The position numbers and the translations under genes were made by a program. Below the pieces are notes generated by a model. The model was not told where the DNA came from, did not search any database, and saw only the letters and a list, made by a program, of their open reading frames with translations. Below, one piece after another: positions 24,031-36,400 of a stretch of DNA of 64,000 nucleotides. Position 1 is the first letter of the stretch; each line of letters opens with the position of its first letter. Source of the stretch: Eledone cirrhosa (Eukaryota); NCBI GenBank assembly GCA_964016885.1, contig OZ024741.1:380804001-380868000 (forward strand), in the 5' to 3' direction.

Positions 24031-24883
24031 GGCTAAGACTAAAGTTCTAGTTTGTAAGAAAGAAAATAAGGCGGCGGTCCCCTCCGGGAAGTGGCCATGC
24101 GCAGAGTGTAGGAAAGGCGTAGGTAGAAATTCCATTTTGTGTCCCAAATGCAAAGTTTGGGTGCATAAAAGATGTAGTGGGATCACAGGTAAGCTAACTA
24201 AGAACATAGATTTTACATGTGGCCGGTGTTCTGGGGCAATAAGTAGCAGCAAGTGCCCACAAAATACTAGCTCTTTCAACTGCGCAGAGGGTTCTATAGA
24301 AATAGTGGACAGCTTCCGTTACCTGGGTGACAAAATCAGCAGTGGGGGAGGGTGCTCTGAAAGTACAGTAGCTAGAGTCAGAACTGGGTGGAAAAAGTTC
24401 AGAGAGCTTATACCACTATTAGCCGCTAAAGGGTTCTCCCTAAAAATGAAAGGCAGGCTGTACGATGCCTGCATACGAACAGCAATGTTGCATGGCAGTG
24501 AGACCTGGGTATTGTGTGCAGAGGATATACGCAGACTAGAGAGAAACGAAGCTTGCATGCTCCGCTGGATGTGTAATAGTAATATACGTGAACGACAAAG
24601 CATAAACGAACTAAGGAAAAAATTAGAAATAAGAGGGATCAGATGTTGTTTACTAGAGAGAAGGCTACGTTGGTATGGTCACGTGATGCGCATGAAGGAC
24701 GATAGCTGTATAACAAAGTACAGGGCAATAAAGATAGACGGTAGCCACGGAATAGGCAGACCCAGAAAAACCTGGGACGAGCTGATAAACTCCGACCTCA
24801 CACACTTACACCTCACCAAGACAATGTCACTGGACCGAGACCTTTGGCGGTACTCAGTAATAGAGAAGACCCGCCTTACCTAA
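24028..24883 (+). pseudogene. RTE ORF C-terminal part: PHD finger within RT, FRYLG, thumb
   Basis: KTKVL...WPCAEC...CPKC...HKRC...CGRC...FRYLGD...MLHGSETW...RRLRWYGHVMR...GRPRKTW. The N-terminal 39 aa of the ORF-track call are flank/(TA)n artefact. Confidence 0.9.
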
Positions 24884-25264
24884 ATACAAAGTAAAACCTA
24901 CTACAGTCAGTAGGCATCTCTAACAAAATACACCCCCCCCCCCAGCCCATCCACACCGCCCCCTTCTATGTAAAGTTATGTTGGTGCCACAACATCCAGT
25001 CTGAAACAAATGAGATCGTGTAGGTGTCACGACAAAAAAACACACAGTCCACGCTGTAATGTGGCCGTGTAGGCAACACGGTAAAAACCTCCCAGACCCA
25101 CACTGTAAATGTGGTTGGTGTTAGGAAGGGCATCCAACTGTAGAAAACCTGCCAGACAGGCCTATGCGAGCAAGACAATCACTCTTGCCTCAAGTGGGAA
25201 AACCCCCGTCCAAACCCATGCAAGCGTGGAACACGGACGTTAAACGTTGATGATGATGATGATG
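24028..25264 (+). mobile_element. young 5'-truncated RTE LINE with an open ORF remnant and (GAT)n tail
   Basis: Uninterrupted frame 24028-24883, 3'UTR repeats and tail at ~25247-25264. Closely similar to 38446-39655. Confidence 0.92.
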
Positions 25265-25639
25265 ATCATCATCATCATGGATTAATGCCCATCTTCCATG
25301 GGTTAGATTGGTTTTTCCCATTTGGAGGCAAGTTGGGTCTGGTGACCATGTCTTGCTCATATGGGAGAGTCTACTAACCACCAACATACATCCTCACACT
25401 CACACTAACACCTACCTATACCCATGGCTCCTGTCCAACAAAATCATATTCATCCTTCAAATCTGGAAAATCAAATGCAGACAACCCACCCTCCCAAAGG
25501 TAGAGGTAGGTGTTAGTGTGAGTATGAGGATGTATGTTGGTGGTTAGTAGACTGATTGGAGCAATAATGGTTTTATTTAACTCCATATGTATGTATATAA
25601 AAAAATGTGGACAGGGTACTAGGGGAGGTAACCATACCT

Positions 25640-26170
25640 CCCTACTGCCTTGTCCACATTTCCCCCCCAAACCCCTTCATCCTCCCTAGTCCCAAGGCAA
25701 AAGAAACCAGGCCCTGCTGTAAAGTGGTTAGGTTGGTGACACAACAAAGGTGCCCAGTCTACACCTTAAAGAACATCCAGCCCTCACTGTAAAGTGATTG
25801 TGTAGGTGTCATGACAAAAGACACCCAGCCCTCACTGTAAAGCGGACGTGTAAAAGACACGGCAAAAAACATCCAGCACACCGTAAATGTGGTTGGCGTT
25901 AGGAAGGGCGTCCAGATGTAGGAAATCAGCCCAAAAGCATCCAACCCACACTGTAAAGTGAATGGGTAAAAGACACGGCACAAAGCACCCAGCTCACACT
26001 GTCAATGTGGTTGGCATTAGAAAGGGCATCCAGCCGTGGAAAACCAGCCAGAAACTCTTCCATATGAGCAAGACATGGTCACCAGACCCAACTTGCCTCT
26101 AAATGGGACAAACCCATCTAACTCATGCAAGCGTGGAAGATGGACGTTAAACGATGATGATGATGATGAT
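25640..26170 (+). mobile_element. RTE 3'UTR with about six tandem ~47-bp units and (GAT)n tail
   Basis: Repeated aaaag(a/c)acccagccc(t/a)cactgtaaagtg units, terminal ggacgttaaacgatgatg. Confidence 0.75.
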
Positions 26171-27757
26171 GGTAATGATGTGTGTGTGTGTATAATAGGT
26201 AAAGCAGAAAAGAGTGCACTATGCATTGCACAGAAGTATTTCATTACAAAATAAAATAAAACATATATATATATAATTAAACACCCAAGGAATATAACTA
26301 AAGATTTGGTAAAGAATATCTCCCTCTGTATATTACACCTATCTGCTAACGATCTGATCTTCCAGGAACATTCACCGCACTATAACCATGCCCATGAAAA
26401 AGGAGATTTAAGGTAGAACTTACCTACCACCCAAGCCCCCTTAATAGAATTAGCAGGCGGAGTTGCTGTTCATGTAACATAACATGGTGTATTCCTCCTC
26501 ACAATGCTGAAGTCACCATACCAATTGGGAAGTTTTTCTCCCCTTCATATATATATATTGTTACTATATACATATAATCTCTCCTATATATAGTCTTACT
26601 ATATACATATAATCTCTCTCTATATATGTATGTGTGTGTGTGTGTGTGTATGTATGTATCAAAAAGTTCATCCAGCAGCCGAAGTGTGTGATAAGATATC
26701 TATTTATACGCAATGCGTGAGGGAAACTCTGCAAATGGGTACATAATTATACACATGTTTGATATATAGACACATAAACACGCTAGAAATAAGTATTTAC
26801 TTTAATCTATTTTTGAAACATCGTTAATCAATTTTCGAAACTTGTGGGGTCTTCTTCAGAAGGTGTGTACATATTTGAAACATCTCAATGAAAATACATA
26901 TTTGATGAGCTTATATACACATTTGTTCATAGTGGTATTCTGAAATGGAAGTACTTAGTTGCATATAAATAGCACTCTAATAATAAGGCATATGAACGCT
27001 CATAGTGATAAAAATTGGGCATTAACATGCATGTTCATTGAACTCACACTTCCCAACCTCACTATAAGTATGCTAGACTAATTGCACCAACATGCTTACC
27101 ATATTATTTTCCGTTAAATAAAGAAACTATAATTTAATAGCACTTATAATAAGATAGATGTTGAAAATAGAATTAGAAGCTTTCACAGAAAATTGACTAC
27201 AGAAAATAGTCTAGTATTACAGTTATGAACCCCCATAATGGAAGAAATTGAACATTAGCACATGTAGGAATCGATTCTCATGAGTGCTAATGCCCAATGT
27301 TATGCGTTATGGGGGTTTTTGTATACCCTTATATTAGACTATTTTTTTTGCAGTGAATATACAGTGAAAGCTTCTAATTATATATGTTTGTGTGTGTAGG
27401 TGTGTGTGTGTATATATATATATATATTTATATATATATAAATGAGAAGATAAACAGATTTCACTTTATGTTGATCAATTCGTATTCATGTGGATTGAAT
27501 ATGCAAACAAAGAGAGAAATAAACAGCCTACCAGATAGTTATTCTCAGCATGGTTGATGGGTTATGTAATATAGTTGTCCAGATGTTAAAGTCTCGAGTA
27601 TGGTACAGGTTCCAAGAATTGACAGAGTAATTTAGTATAAATAGGGTTTTAGGAAAAACTAGGTTAGCAGAGAAGAGAGATTTGAAGAAAGACTTAATTA
27701 AATGTTTTTTCAAATCTCTCCTCTCTTTTTGCCTAGTTTTACCTGTTACTTTATTTA

Positions 27758-27804
<47 letters not shown>

Positions 27805-28039
27805 ATATGAATATATGTGTGAGTGTGTGTGTGTGTGAGTGCGTCTGTATATGTATGGTATATATACATACGCACACAGATGCACTCACACACACACATA
27901 TATATATATATACGTTTAAAATTTATATGGTGTACACTTTGTAATTCTAGGGTAGACAAGAGATGCACTGTGATAATGGCTAGACTAACAGGAAGGGCAC
28001 AGTTTTTATGTAGAGGATACACAGAAGAAATCAAAGGAA

Positions 28040-28666
28040 ACATCGTCACTGATATAACCCCTTCATATAAGAGGAAAGGTCCATAGAAGTGGTTGGTAGC
28101 TTCTGATATCTGGGTGAATTAATATGCAGTGGAGGAGGGTACTTTGAAAGTAGATTAGCTAGAATAAGGATAGGATGGAAGAAATTTATAGAGCTACTCC
28201 CACTGTTGACAACAAACGTTTTCTCCCTAAGTACAAAAGGACGACTGTGTGATGATGACATGCATAGTGTGATGTTGCATGGTAGTGAAACATGGGCAGT
28301 GACTACAGAGGATTTGTAGACTTGAGAGAAATGAAACAGCCATGATTTTTTGGATGTGTAATGTAAGTGTGAGAGAAAGGCAGAGCTTGGATGAACTGTG
28401 GGTGAAGCTGGGTTTAAGAGGAATCAGAGGTGGTTGGCAAGAGAGAGGACTGCTTTTAATGCATACATTTGACGTGCATTGATGATGATCAATTGGTGAA
28501 GAGGTGCCAGGAAATGCCAGTGGATTTAAGTTGCAGTAGTGGTAGACCAAGAAAACCTTGGCAGAAATGGTGAGATGCTGTGCTGAAAGAGAGCCATCCA
28601 ACCTATGCAAGCAAGCCTGAAAGATTAGATGGAAAATGATGATGATGATGATGGTGATGATAATGA
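28040..28666 (+). mobile_element. decayed RTE 3' fragment
   Basis: SIEVVGSF*YLG...RIRIGWKKFIELLPLLT...MLHGSETWAV...LERNE and a (gat)n tail. Confidence 0.75.
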
Positions 28667-28849
28667 TATAATGTTTTCTTTGAAAAGGCACAATTTTTTC
28701 GTCCATATTTTGTTATGCTGTCTCACATACATCTTACTGTGCTGCTCTCTGGCATTACAAGTGTAATTCCAGCTTGAGGTACAAATTGCATGCATAATAT
28801 GGCCGATGAGTTCTAAAGATGCACTTGTTTGTTCATTGTATATAATACT

Positions 28850-28931
<82 letters not shown>

Positions 28932-29266
28932 AACACACACACACATACATATATATATATAAACCCAAGAAGCTAGATTTACCATCTTTCTAGCGGGTCC
29001 GGGTAAGCTTTTTACATTCATTTGATTTATTGATTTATTGATATTTTATCTGAGTGACCCGAATCTTCCAGATCGTAATTTTTCGGTCGTATGGTTGATT
29101 TTAGACATGATCTATGTGTGTTGGTATTTTAACGATAGTTATAGCTCTGATTTATCTGAATTATTGAGCCCTCTGCCATTCATTTCGAATTTTATTTATC
29201 GTGAACTCGTGCGCCGATTTTTCGATACTCGATTATTCTACTATATATATATATATATATATGTAT

Positions 29267-30080
29267 ATACAAAAAGTTATGAAACGAAAGGAGCTGTGTG
29301 GTTACTAAAAATAAGGTTTAGGATGGTGGTTAGGATGGAGCAGGAGGAGAAAGGAAGAAAGGAGTTTCCATCGTCAGCTGTAAATGTTTCCCGAACCGAT
29401 CTTTTGGCGCTGAATTAGAGGACATCGGTGTTTTTCGGGTTCGCCCGAGGCCTTTTATTAATCAAAAGGCCAGGTGGAAAAGGAGAGAGAAAGAGAGAAA
29501 AAAAAAGGGGAGAAAAAAGGAGAGAGAGGGAAATGAGGAAGAAGTGGTGGGGGGGGGGGGGGAGAAAGGGGGAAGGGAAAAGGAATAGGAGAAAAAAGTG
29601 TTCAGGTCCCATCGTGGAAAGACACAGGTGAAAGAAACATGAAAAAACGTAACCGTGGAAAAATAGGGAAAGTAAGTTGTGGCCAGCCTGGTAGACTTTA
29701 GCCTGGTGGTCAGCTACGACTCAGAGCTGGTATAATCGTGCTGCCTCTCACATAGATAGGAGAAAGTGAGAGAGAGACACGGGCAACTAAAAGTGAGGAG
29801 AAGGGAAAGGGAGATAATCCAGAAGGGTTTTTTTTTACGACGGTGGTAAAAACGTGCCGCAAAGATTGCGGACAGAGAGACCACCACGGAAGTGAAAACA
29901 TGTCAATAATCAAAACCGAACAGGTGGATAGAGAGAGAGAAAAAACGAGACTGAGAAGGAGAAGGGAAGAGAGAAGGGAGGGGCGATGCGAAAGTGTGGA
30001 GGGAACACAGATCGACCAAAGCAGGTAGGGTCACAGCGGGAAATACAAAAAGTTATGAAACGAAAGGAGCTGTGTGGTTA
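29267..30080. mobile_element. non-coding ~776-bp unit bounded by a perfect 38-bp direct repeat, next to (TA)n; putative non-autonomous Penelope-type element
   Basis: atacaaaaagttatgaaacgaaaggagctgtgtggtta at 29267-29304 and 30043-30080. Confidence 0.5.
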
Positions 30081-31249
30081 AACACTACAATCTTCCTGTT
30101 GATAAATTACTTTGATTTACATACATGGCCTTAAGCCTTTCTCTATTCTGTTTGTTCCTTTTCCCCCTCTCCATGTGTTTCCCTCTAGTTCCCTCACCTT
30201 CCTTTTTCCTCACTCTTCCACTTACAGGAGAATGTTCATTCTCACTCCTTATTTTTCCGTCCCAACCACTCCCAACATCAACCCTTAAACTGGGTTACTA
30301 GCAGGCCTGTTTTGTTTGGTTCTGACTACTATAAATCTTTGGTAAATGTCAAACAATTGGCCACATATGAGAGAGTTAAAAGAGTAATTAGATGTAGTGT
30401 GATGAGAGAAGACTAAGATGATACAGATGTTTAGTACTTATAGAGGATGATAGTTCCGTAAAGATGTGCCAAACAACTGAAGTGTCAAGGAAACAGAAAA
30501 AAAGCAAGATGAAGGAAAACATGGGAATAGTGTTAAACGCCAGGAGAAAACGCATCCAATACATGCAAGCATGGAAAAACAGGGTGATGATGATGATAGC
30601 ATGTGCAAGGATAACAAAATAAATGGAAAAAACGTGTTGATGATCAGAGTGTATATATATATATATATCTACACACACACCAATATATATGTATGTGTGT
30701 GTGTGTTTGTTTGTGTGTGTGTTTGAGTGTGTGTGTGTGTGTTTGTATGGCATTGAGTGCTAAGACTGGTGAACCAATAGTAACTGAATGTAAACACATC
30801 TACATCATTCTAATGCTATTCACAAACTCAATTAAATGCAATCCATAGACCTGTATTCAAACCCATTTACCAGATCCATACCATACAAGAAAATGTAAAA
30901 ATTCAAATATGTCTTTCAACATGATAGCCCACCATCCCAGCAAAACAACAACCAGTCTGTACCTATGACTGCTTTTTTGTGTGATAGATGTGATCAGGCT
31001 GTTACCATTCTGTTACATAGTTTCTATAATTTTCTGCAGTGACTACCATCCCAGTGTGTGGTGTGTTTTATATTTATCAGTGGTTAAAATGTATTGTTAT
31101 TTGTGACTACTCAAATATGAATTTGAATTATACATTTTATCCTTGGCAGGATAAATGGTACACCTCACCAAGTTGGCATGACCCTTATGTCAGAATTGAT
31201 AATTTCAGGAACTTAATAGATATATTCTTTCTTTTATTAGTTTCAGGCA

Positions 31250-31500
31250 TTGGATTGCATGAACTAGTGGTAAAGGTGTTGAACTTACAATCATAATATT
31301 GAGAGTTCACTTCCTGGACTGGATTGTGTATTTTGTTCTTGAGCAAAACACTCTATTTCACGTTTCTCCATTATACTCAGCTATAGCCAGGAGAATAACC
31401 ATGCATTGGACCGGTGTACTGTCCAAGAGGGGATCTTGTACTCTCAATTGCTTAATGTCACAGTAGCTGGGATAAGCACAACACTGTATAGGGTTCTACA
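31250..31500 (+). mobile_element. decayed CORE-type SINE
   Basis: tRNA-like head (tagtggtaaaggtg...gagttcacttcc) and ttcttgagcaaaacactctatttcac. Confidence 0.6.
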
Positions 31501-32405
31501 CTCATTTCCATTTGCTGCAATTTGGGCCTCATTTAATTTGCTTTGGAACTAGTTATGTTTATCTATCATGCAAGGCATTTCAATCTCGCTGATGCTATCA
31601 TTATACATTTTGGTGTAAGTCTCAAGTTGGTCTTATGGTTTTTGTTTGTCTCACATTTATTTGATTCCTTTCTAGCCATCAATCAAATTCCAAGTTGTAA
31701 CTTTGATCCATTGTTCTTTGTGTGATCCTCTTTTTTGTCAAATGTTGGGTTAGCAGCCCCACTGATTGTTCTGTTGAACATTTCTCATTTTTCATCAGGT
31801 TCCACATGCTCTTTTAAAGATGCAAATCCATTTTTAAGTTTAGTGAAGTATTTTTCAGTTATCTCTTGGATTTTTAGCTTTCCAGTATCAAAAGAGCTTG
31901 TAGATTTTGACTTTTTTTAATTTTCTGAATTTTACATTAATAGAGAATGGTCAGAACCACAATATGCACCTCAAAATTTATGTTCATTCTTGACAAGGGA
32001 TTTCTATTTTCTATTGATGCAGATGTAATTAATTTTCACTGTGGCTTTTGTCCAGAGAGTGACAGTTTTTTTTTTCTGGATCTCTTTATGTTTGAAATAT
32101 ATATTACAAATTGAAAGCCCATTCAATCTGCAAAAGAAGTTATCCTCACTCTATTACTGTCAAAGACTTCAGCAGAACCAATTGGGTCAATAACAATAAC
32201 ATTTATTTTATCCTTATGACTATTATTTATCTTGGCATTGAAGTCGACAATCAGGAATTTGAAATCGTAGTGTGGAGTTCTTTCTAGTGTTTGTTGAACC
32301 TGGCTCTAGAGTTTATCTTTATCCTTTTCACTTGTCAACTTATGGTTTTTGTTAGAGCATAGACGTGGATGATAAAAACTTTTGCATGTCTGGTCTGTAA
32401 ATAGA
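31500..32405 (-). mobile_element. decayed LINE AP-endonuclease fragment (RTE-like)
   Basis: Minus-strand motifs ...LIVDFNAKI (32230-32255), INYICIN and CGSDHSL (31942-31962). Confidence 0.6.
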
Positions 32406-32879
32406 TTGTTATGATGCATCGAAATGGTTTACCTCATGGGCCATTTGAAGATGTCATGTCATTGATTGCATTATGGAATCATGACGTAACCATTTCACCA
32501 AATATGTACAAGGGCGACAGCATAATTAAAGAAATTAAAGAAGTTATGCAAGCTAGCTTTTATGTTGTAATATTGATGTATTTAACTCTGTCCTGTGCTA
32601 TATATATATATGTTACCATGTCAAAATTGCTAGAATATTGATGATGCCCAGTGCTCTCTCCTTATTAAAACATGAGTTTCCTGGTTGGAATGACATGACC
32701 AGAGTCCCAGCTACCAATCAGGAAATACCCTATAATACAAATATATATAGAAAAATGGCGTAGGACAGAACAAAGGAGAGGCACAAAAACAAAGAAAAGA
32801 ATCCCAGTCACTGAAGAGGTCACAGAATGTGTGACGAAAGAACTTTGACAATATATAAACAACCATCTGGTTGTGGAAC

Positions 32880-33002
32880 CAACCAACCAACCGGAAATTT
32901 ATAAATTCCTAAATTTATAGATTTATTATAATAAATTAAAGTGAAAGTTACTGGTGCGTGTGTTTCTTATTGGCAACATGACCCTCCCAAAGTATAACAA
33001 TA
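32880..33002. mobile_element. Penelope-like terminal fragment abutting (TA)n (same family as 8047-8210)
   Basis: ctggtgcgtgtgtttcttattggcaacatgaccctcccaaagtataacaata followed by (TA)n. Confidence 0.6.
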
Positions 33003-33003
33003 C

Positions 33004-33038
<35 letters not shown>

Positions 33039-33390
33039 CACATGTGTGTGTGTGTCCCGGGTTCAATCGGCGGTAACCATAGTAAGTAACGTACTCAATA
33101 CATAGCAGAGTATAAATGTGTAATATAGAAATGGCTTCTACAGGACAATAACTGTTTCATTCAAAAGAAATTATCAGGAAAGCCCTGATGATTTCCTTTG
33201 AATGAAACAGTTCTAGTCCTGTAGAAGCCATTTCTATATTTAAAAAAAAAAATTATATATATATATATACACACAAGCAAACACACACATACACCAATGC
33301 ACACACGCACCTACAATCAAACTAAAATCACAACACACAGATAAAACCATCACCACCTCCACTACTACTACCAAAACAACAACAACGACA

Positions 33391-33396
<6 letters not shown>

Positions 33397-33447
<51 letters not shown>

Positions 33448-33472
33448 GCTACTACTACCACCACTACTACTG
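33397..33472. repeat. (CTA)n microsatellite; another at 13223-13263
   Basis: Direct reading. Confidence 0.9.
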
Positions 33473-36400
33473 CTATAACCACATACCACCATTATATCTC
33501 CACCTCCATAATGTGAACAGGATGAAACAAACATATAGAGGACACTAGTCTGCACTAACGTTATCCCTACCCCTATCCGATTCACCTCCCCAGTTTTAAT
33601 ATCACTCTCACCAGTTAAATACCCTGCTCACCTCATCCATGTCCAACTTGCTTACTCGTCCAGCCCAACCCATGCATACAAGCATGGAAGGCTGGACATA
33701 CACCACAGCTAACTCCCATAATAGTGCTACCACAACAAAAATTAATTATGTCCACCCTGTAATTTAGTCATGCTAGTTACTCATGAGGCATCCATTCAAC
33801 ACTGTAATGTGGTTGGCATTAGGAAGGGTATCCAGCTGTAGAAACTTAGTCAAAATACAGATCTATATTAGCAAAACATAGTCAACTGATCTGACTTGTC
33901 TCATAACAGGATAACTCATCTAACCCATGCAAGTGTAGAAAAATAGACATTAAACGTTGATGATATTGATGATGATGAATATATATATACACTCATGCAT
34001 AGAAACACACACATAGACCTGCTTTTTCTTTAAGAATATTTTTTTCCATTTCTACCCTGCTCATTCTCCTTCATCTTTCTATTTCTTCTTTAATTTCTCA
34101 TTCTATTTTCTGATAAAGGATTAGCTTTTAATACATTAAGACTTTTCCTATGATATTAAGAGTGACACTAATATATATTTTCATAGTACTTCATCGTCTG
34201 TTGTGTTTTTTTCATTTACATTTAGTATATATATAGTTCAAGAAAACAACAAAACAGAGATAGAAAACTTATTAGTATCACGCTTTATGTGGAAAAGGGG
34301 ACAGAAAGTTTGACGTGTTGGGCTTAAGCCTTTTTACAGCACAAAAAATAGAGACAGGATCACAAAGAATATATACAGAAAATAAAAGGTAGTATGTAGT
34401 AAAAAAAAAAAAAAACGAGTAGACAGGACAAACCATTAGATAGTCTCGGTGACGATTTTGGAATGCAAAGGGAAAAGTGTGTGTATTAGTGTTGATATTA
34501 TATGTGCGTGTATGTATTTGTTTAAACGTATGTTTCTTTTTAAGTTTATTGTGTAATGTATCAATGTTTGTGTGTATTATGTGTATATCCATGCAATGTG
34601 TGGTTGTCAGTTTTTTATGTGTGAGTGAATGTAAGTTTGAATGAGTGCGTTGAAGTTTATTTTGTGTATGTGAAAAGTATCTGGCAGTGTTTGGGTATAT
34701 CTATGAGATGTTGATTTGTATGTGTGATTGTATTTAATGAATTTGTGACATAGGATAGAGTAAGTTTAGTGTGTGTTAGAGAGTATATGGCAGAGCAGAA
34801 TATAGGAAGATGGGTGGGAGTTTCAGGCTAATGGGATGAAATGTTTGCATGAGTCAGCGGGTCCGGTACAATGTGCGACACTAAAGTGACCAGCGGATCG
34901 AAAATGTTGGGAAATCAGAGTCGTGTTACCGACCCAGTGTGTGTGTGTGTAACATTACTTTACTGTGAGAAATAGGTGATATATAATAACTAATTATTGA
35001 CCATTGTATTAGCAAAAGAATAAATATACTCATGTATATTAATTACTTTTATATAATCTCTAACTGAAAGGAAAGACAATGAAACAACATTCCTATAATA
35101 TCTTGATTTGCTAAAAATTACAGCCACAACTTCCTAAAATCACATTTTAACACTTTATAAAATAGAAGACAATTTGGTAATCATAAATTTATTATAACTC
35201 GAAACGAAAGAAAATAAGAACAGGGTGTGCATATCTTGAAGAACTTTGATCGTAGTCTTGTCTGATCAAGACTGACCTTGTGCTAAACAATGACCTCAGT
35301 GAATTGATTAAATCCATTGGTATTTCTTGTAAATAATTGTTGGTAACTTTCTTGTCTTAGTAAGTTTGTACTACTAATTTATTCTATGTAATTCATTCAT
35401 GTTGTACTTATTGTTATTGTTTCCTTTTTTCTTTGAATATACTTTTATTGAAAAGATCAATGATGTGGCGTTTGTTTGACTATGAATCATGGTCTAGCAA
35501 TAACTGTTTTCTCAATAGAGTTTATGATATCACTATATCAAACTCAGACTACAATTGCCTTATCTAATTTTCATATACTGTGTCTGTTATAAGTGTTCTT
35601 CATACTTTGTGATTAAGTATTGATTTATTCTTATGAATAGCTAGTAATCCAACATGTGCATGCTTGTTCTGTAATGAATCCTTTAAATCTTTAACTAAGA
35701 GCTAGGAAATGATGAAAGGAAAATATTATATAAAAGATTATTTCCCCTCAATCTATCTCTATTGTTAACTGAATAAAGGTCAATTGTGTGTCAAGAGTAA
35801 TTTATTGATGGAAACATAGATGTATATAATACTCATCTGTAGTGGGAGATAGTTTCACTGAGGTGGTGGCAGTGGTGTTTGTTGTAGTGGTGGTGGTGAT
35901 GGTGGTGATAGTTTGGAGTCAGTTGAAGTATTTTACTAATCTTTGGGCTAGTGGTCAGATGAACTTTATTAGTTGTGGCAATAATAGAACACTTGGTGGG
36001 AGAAAGAGATGAGATAGAAAGAGGTGACATTATGAGAGATAGTGGAAATATATCTTGGACAGGAAGATACATGTGTATTAAAAGATAACTAGCATCTCAT
36101 TCATGAATGAAAATTTTATGAAAAGGTAGTCCATTTGGTAGAATAATTTGAAGGCCTGATATGTTGTTGCTCTCTGGGCTCTGGTTTCAAATTCTGCAGG
36201 AAGCCACTTTTTAAATTAATTTAATTTATAAATCAATTTATTGAATGCGTTAACTTACCTTTCATTAACACCCACTTTCTGAATCTATTAACTATTAACG
36301 TCCTGTACCAGCTGAAGCCGCATTAGCAAAATATTTTTGAAAAATACAAAACAGCAATATGCCTCTATTTAAAAGTTAATTGGCAAATTTTCACAATGAT

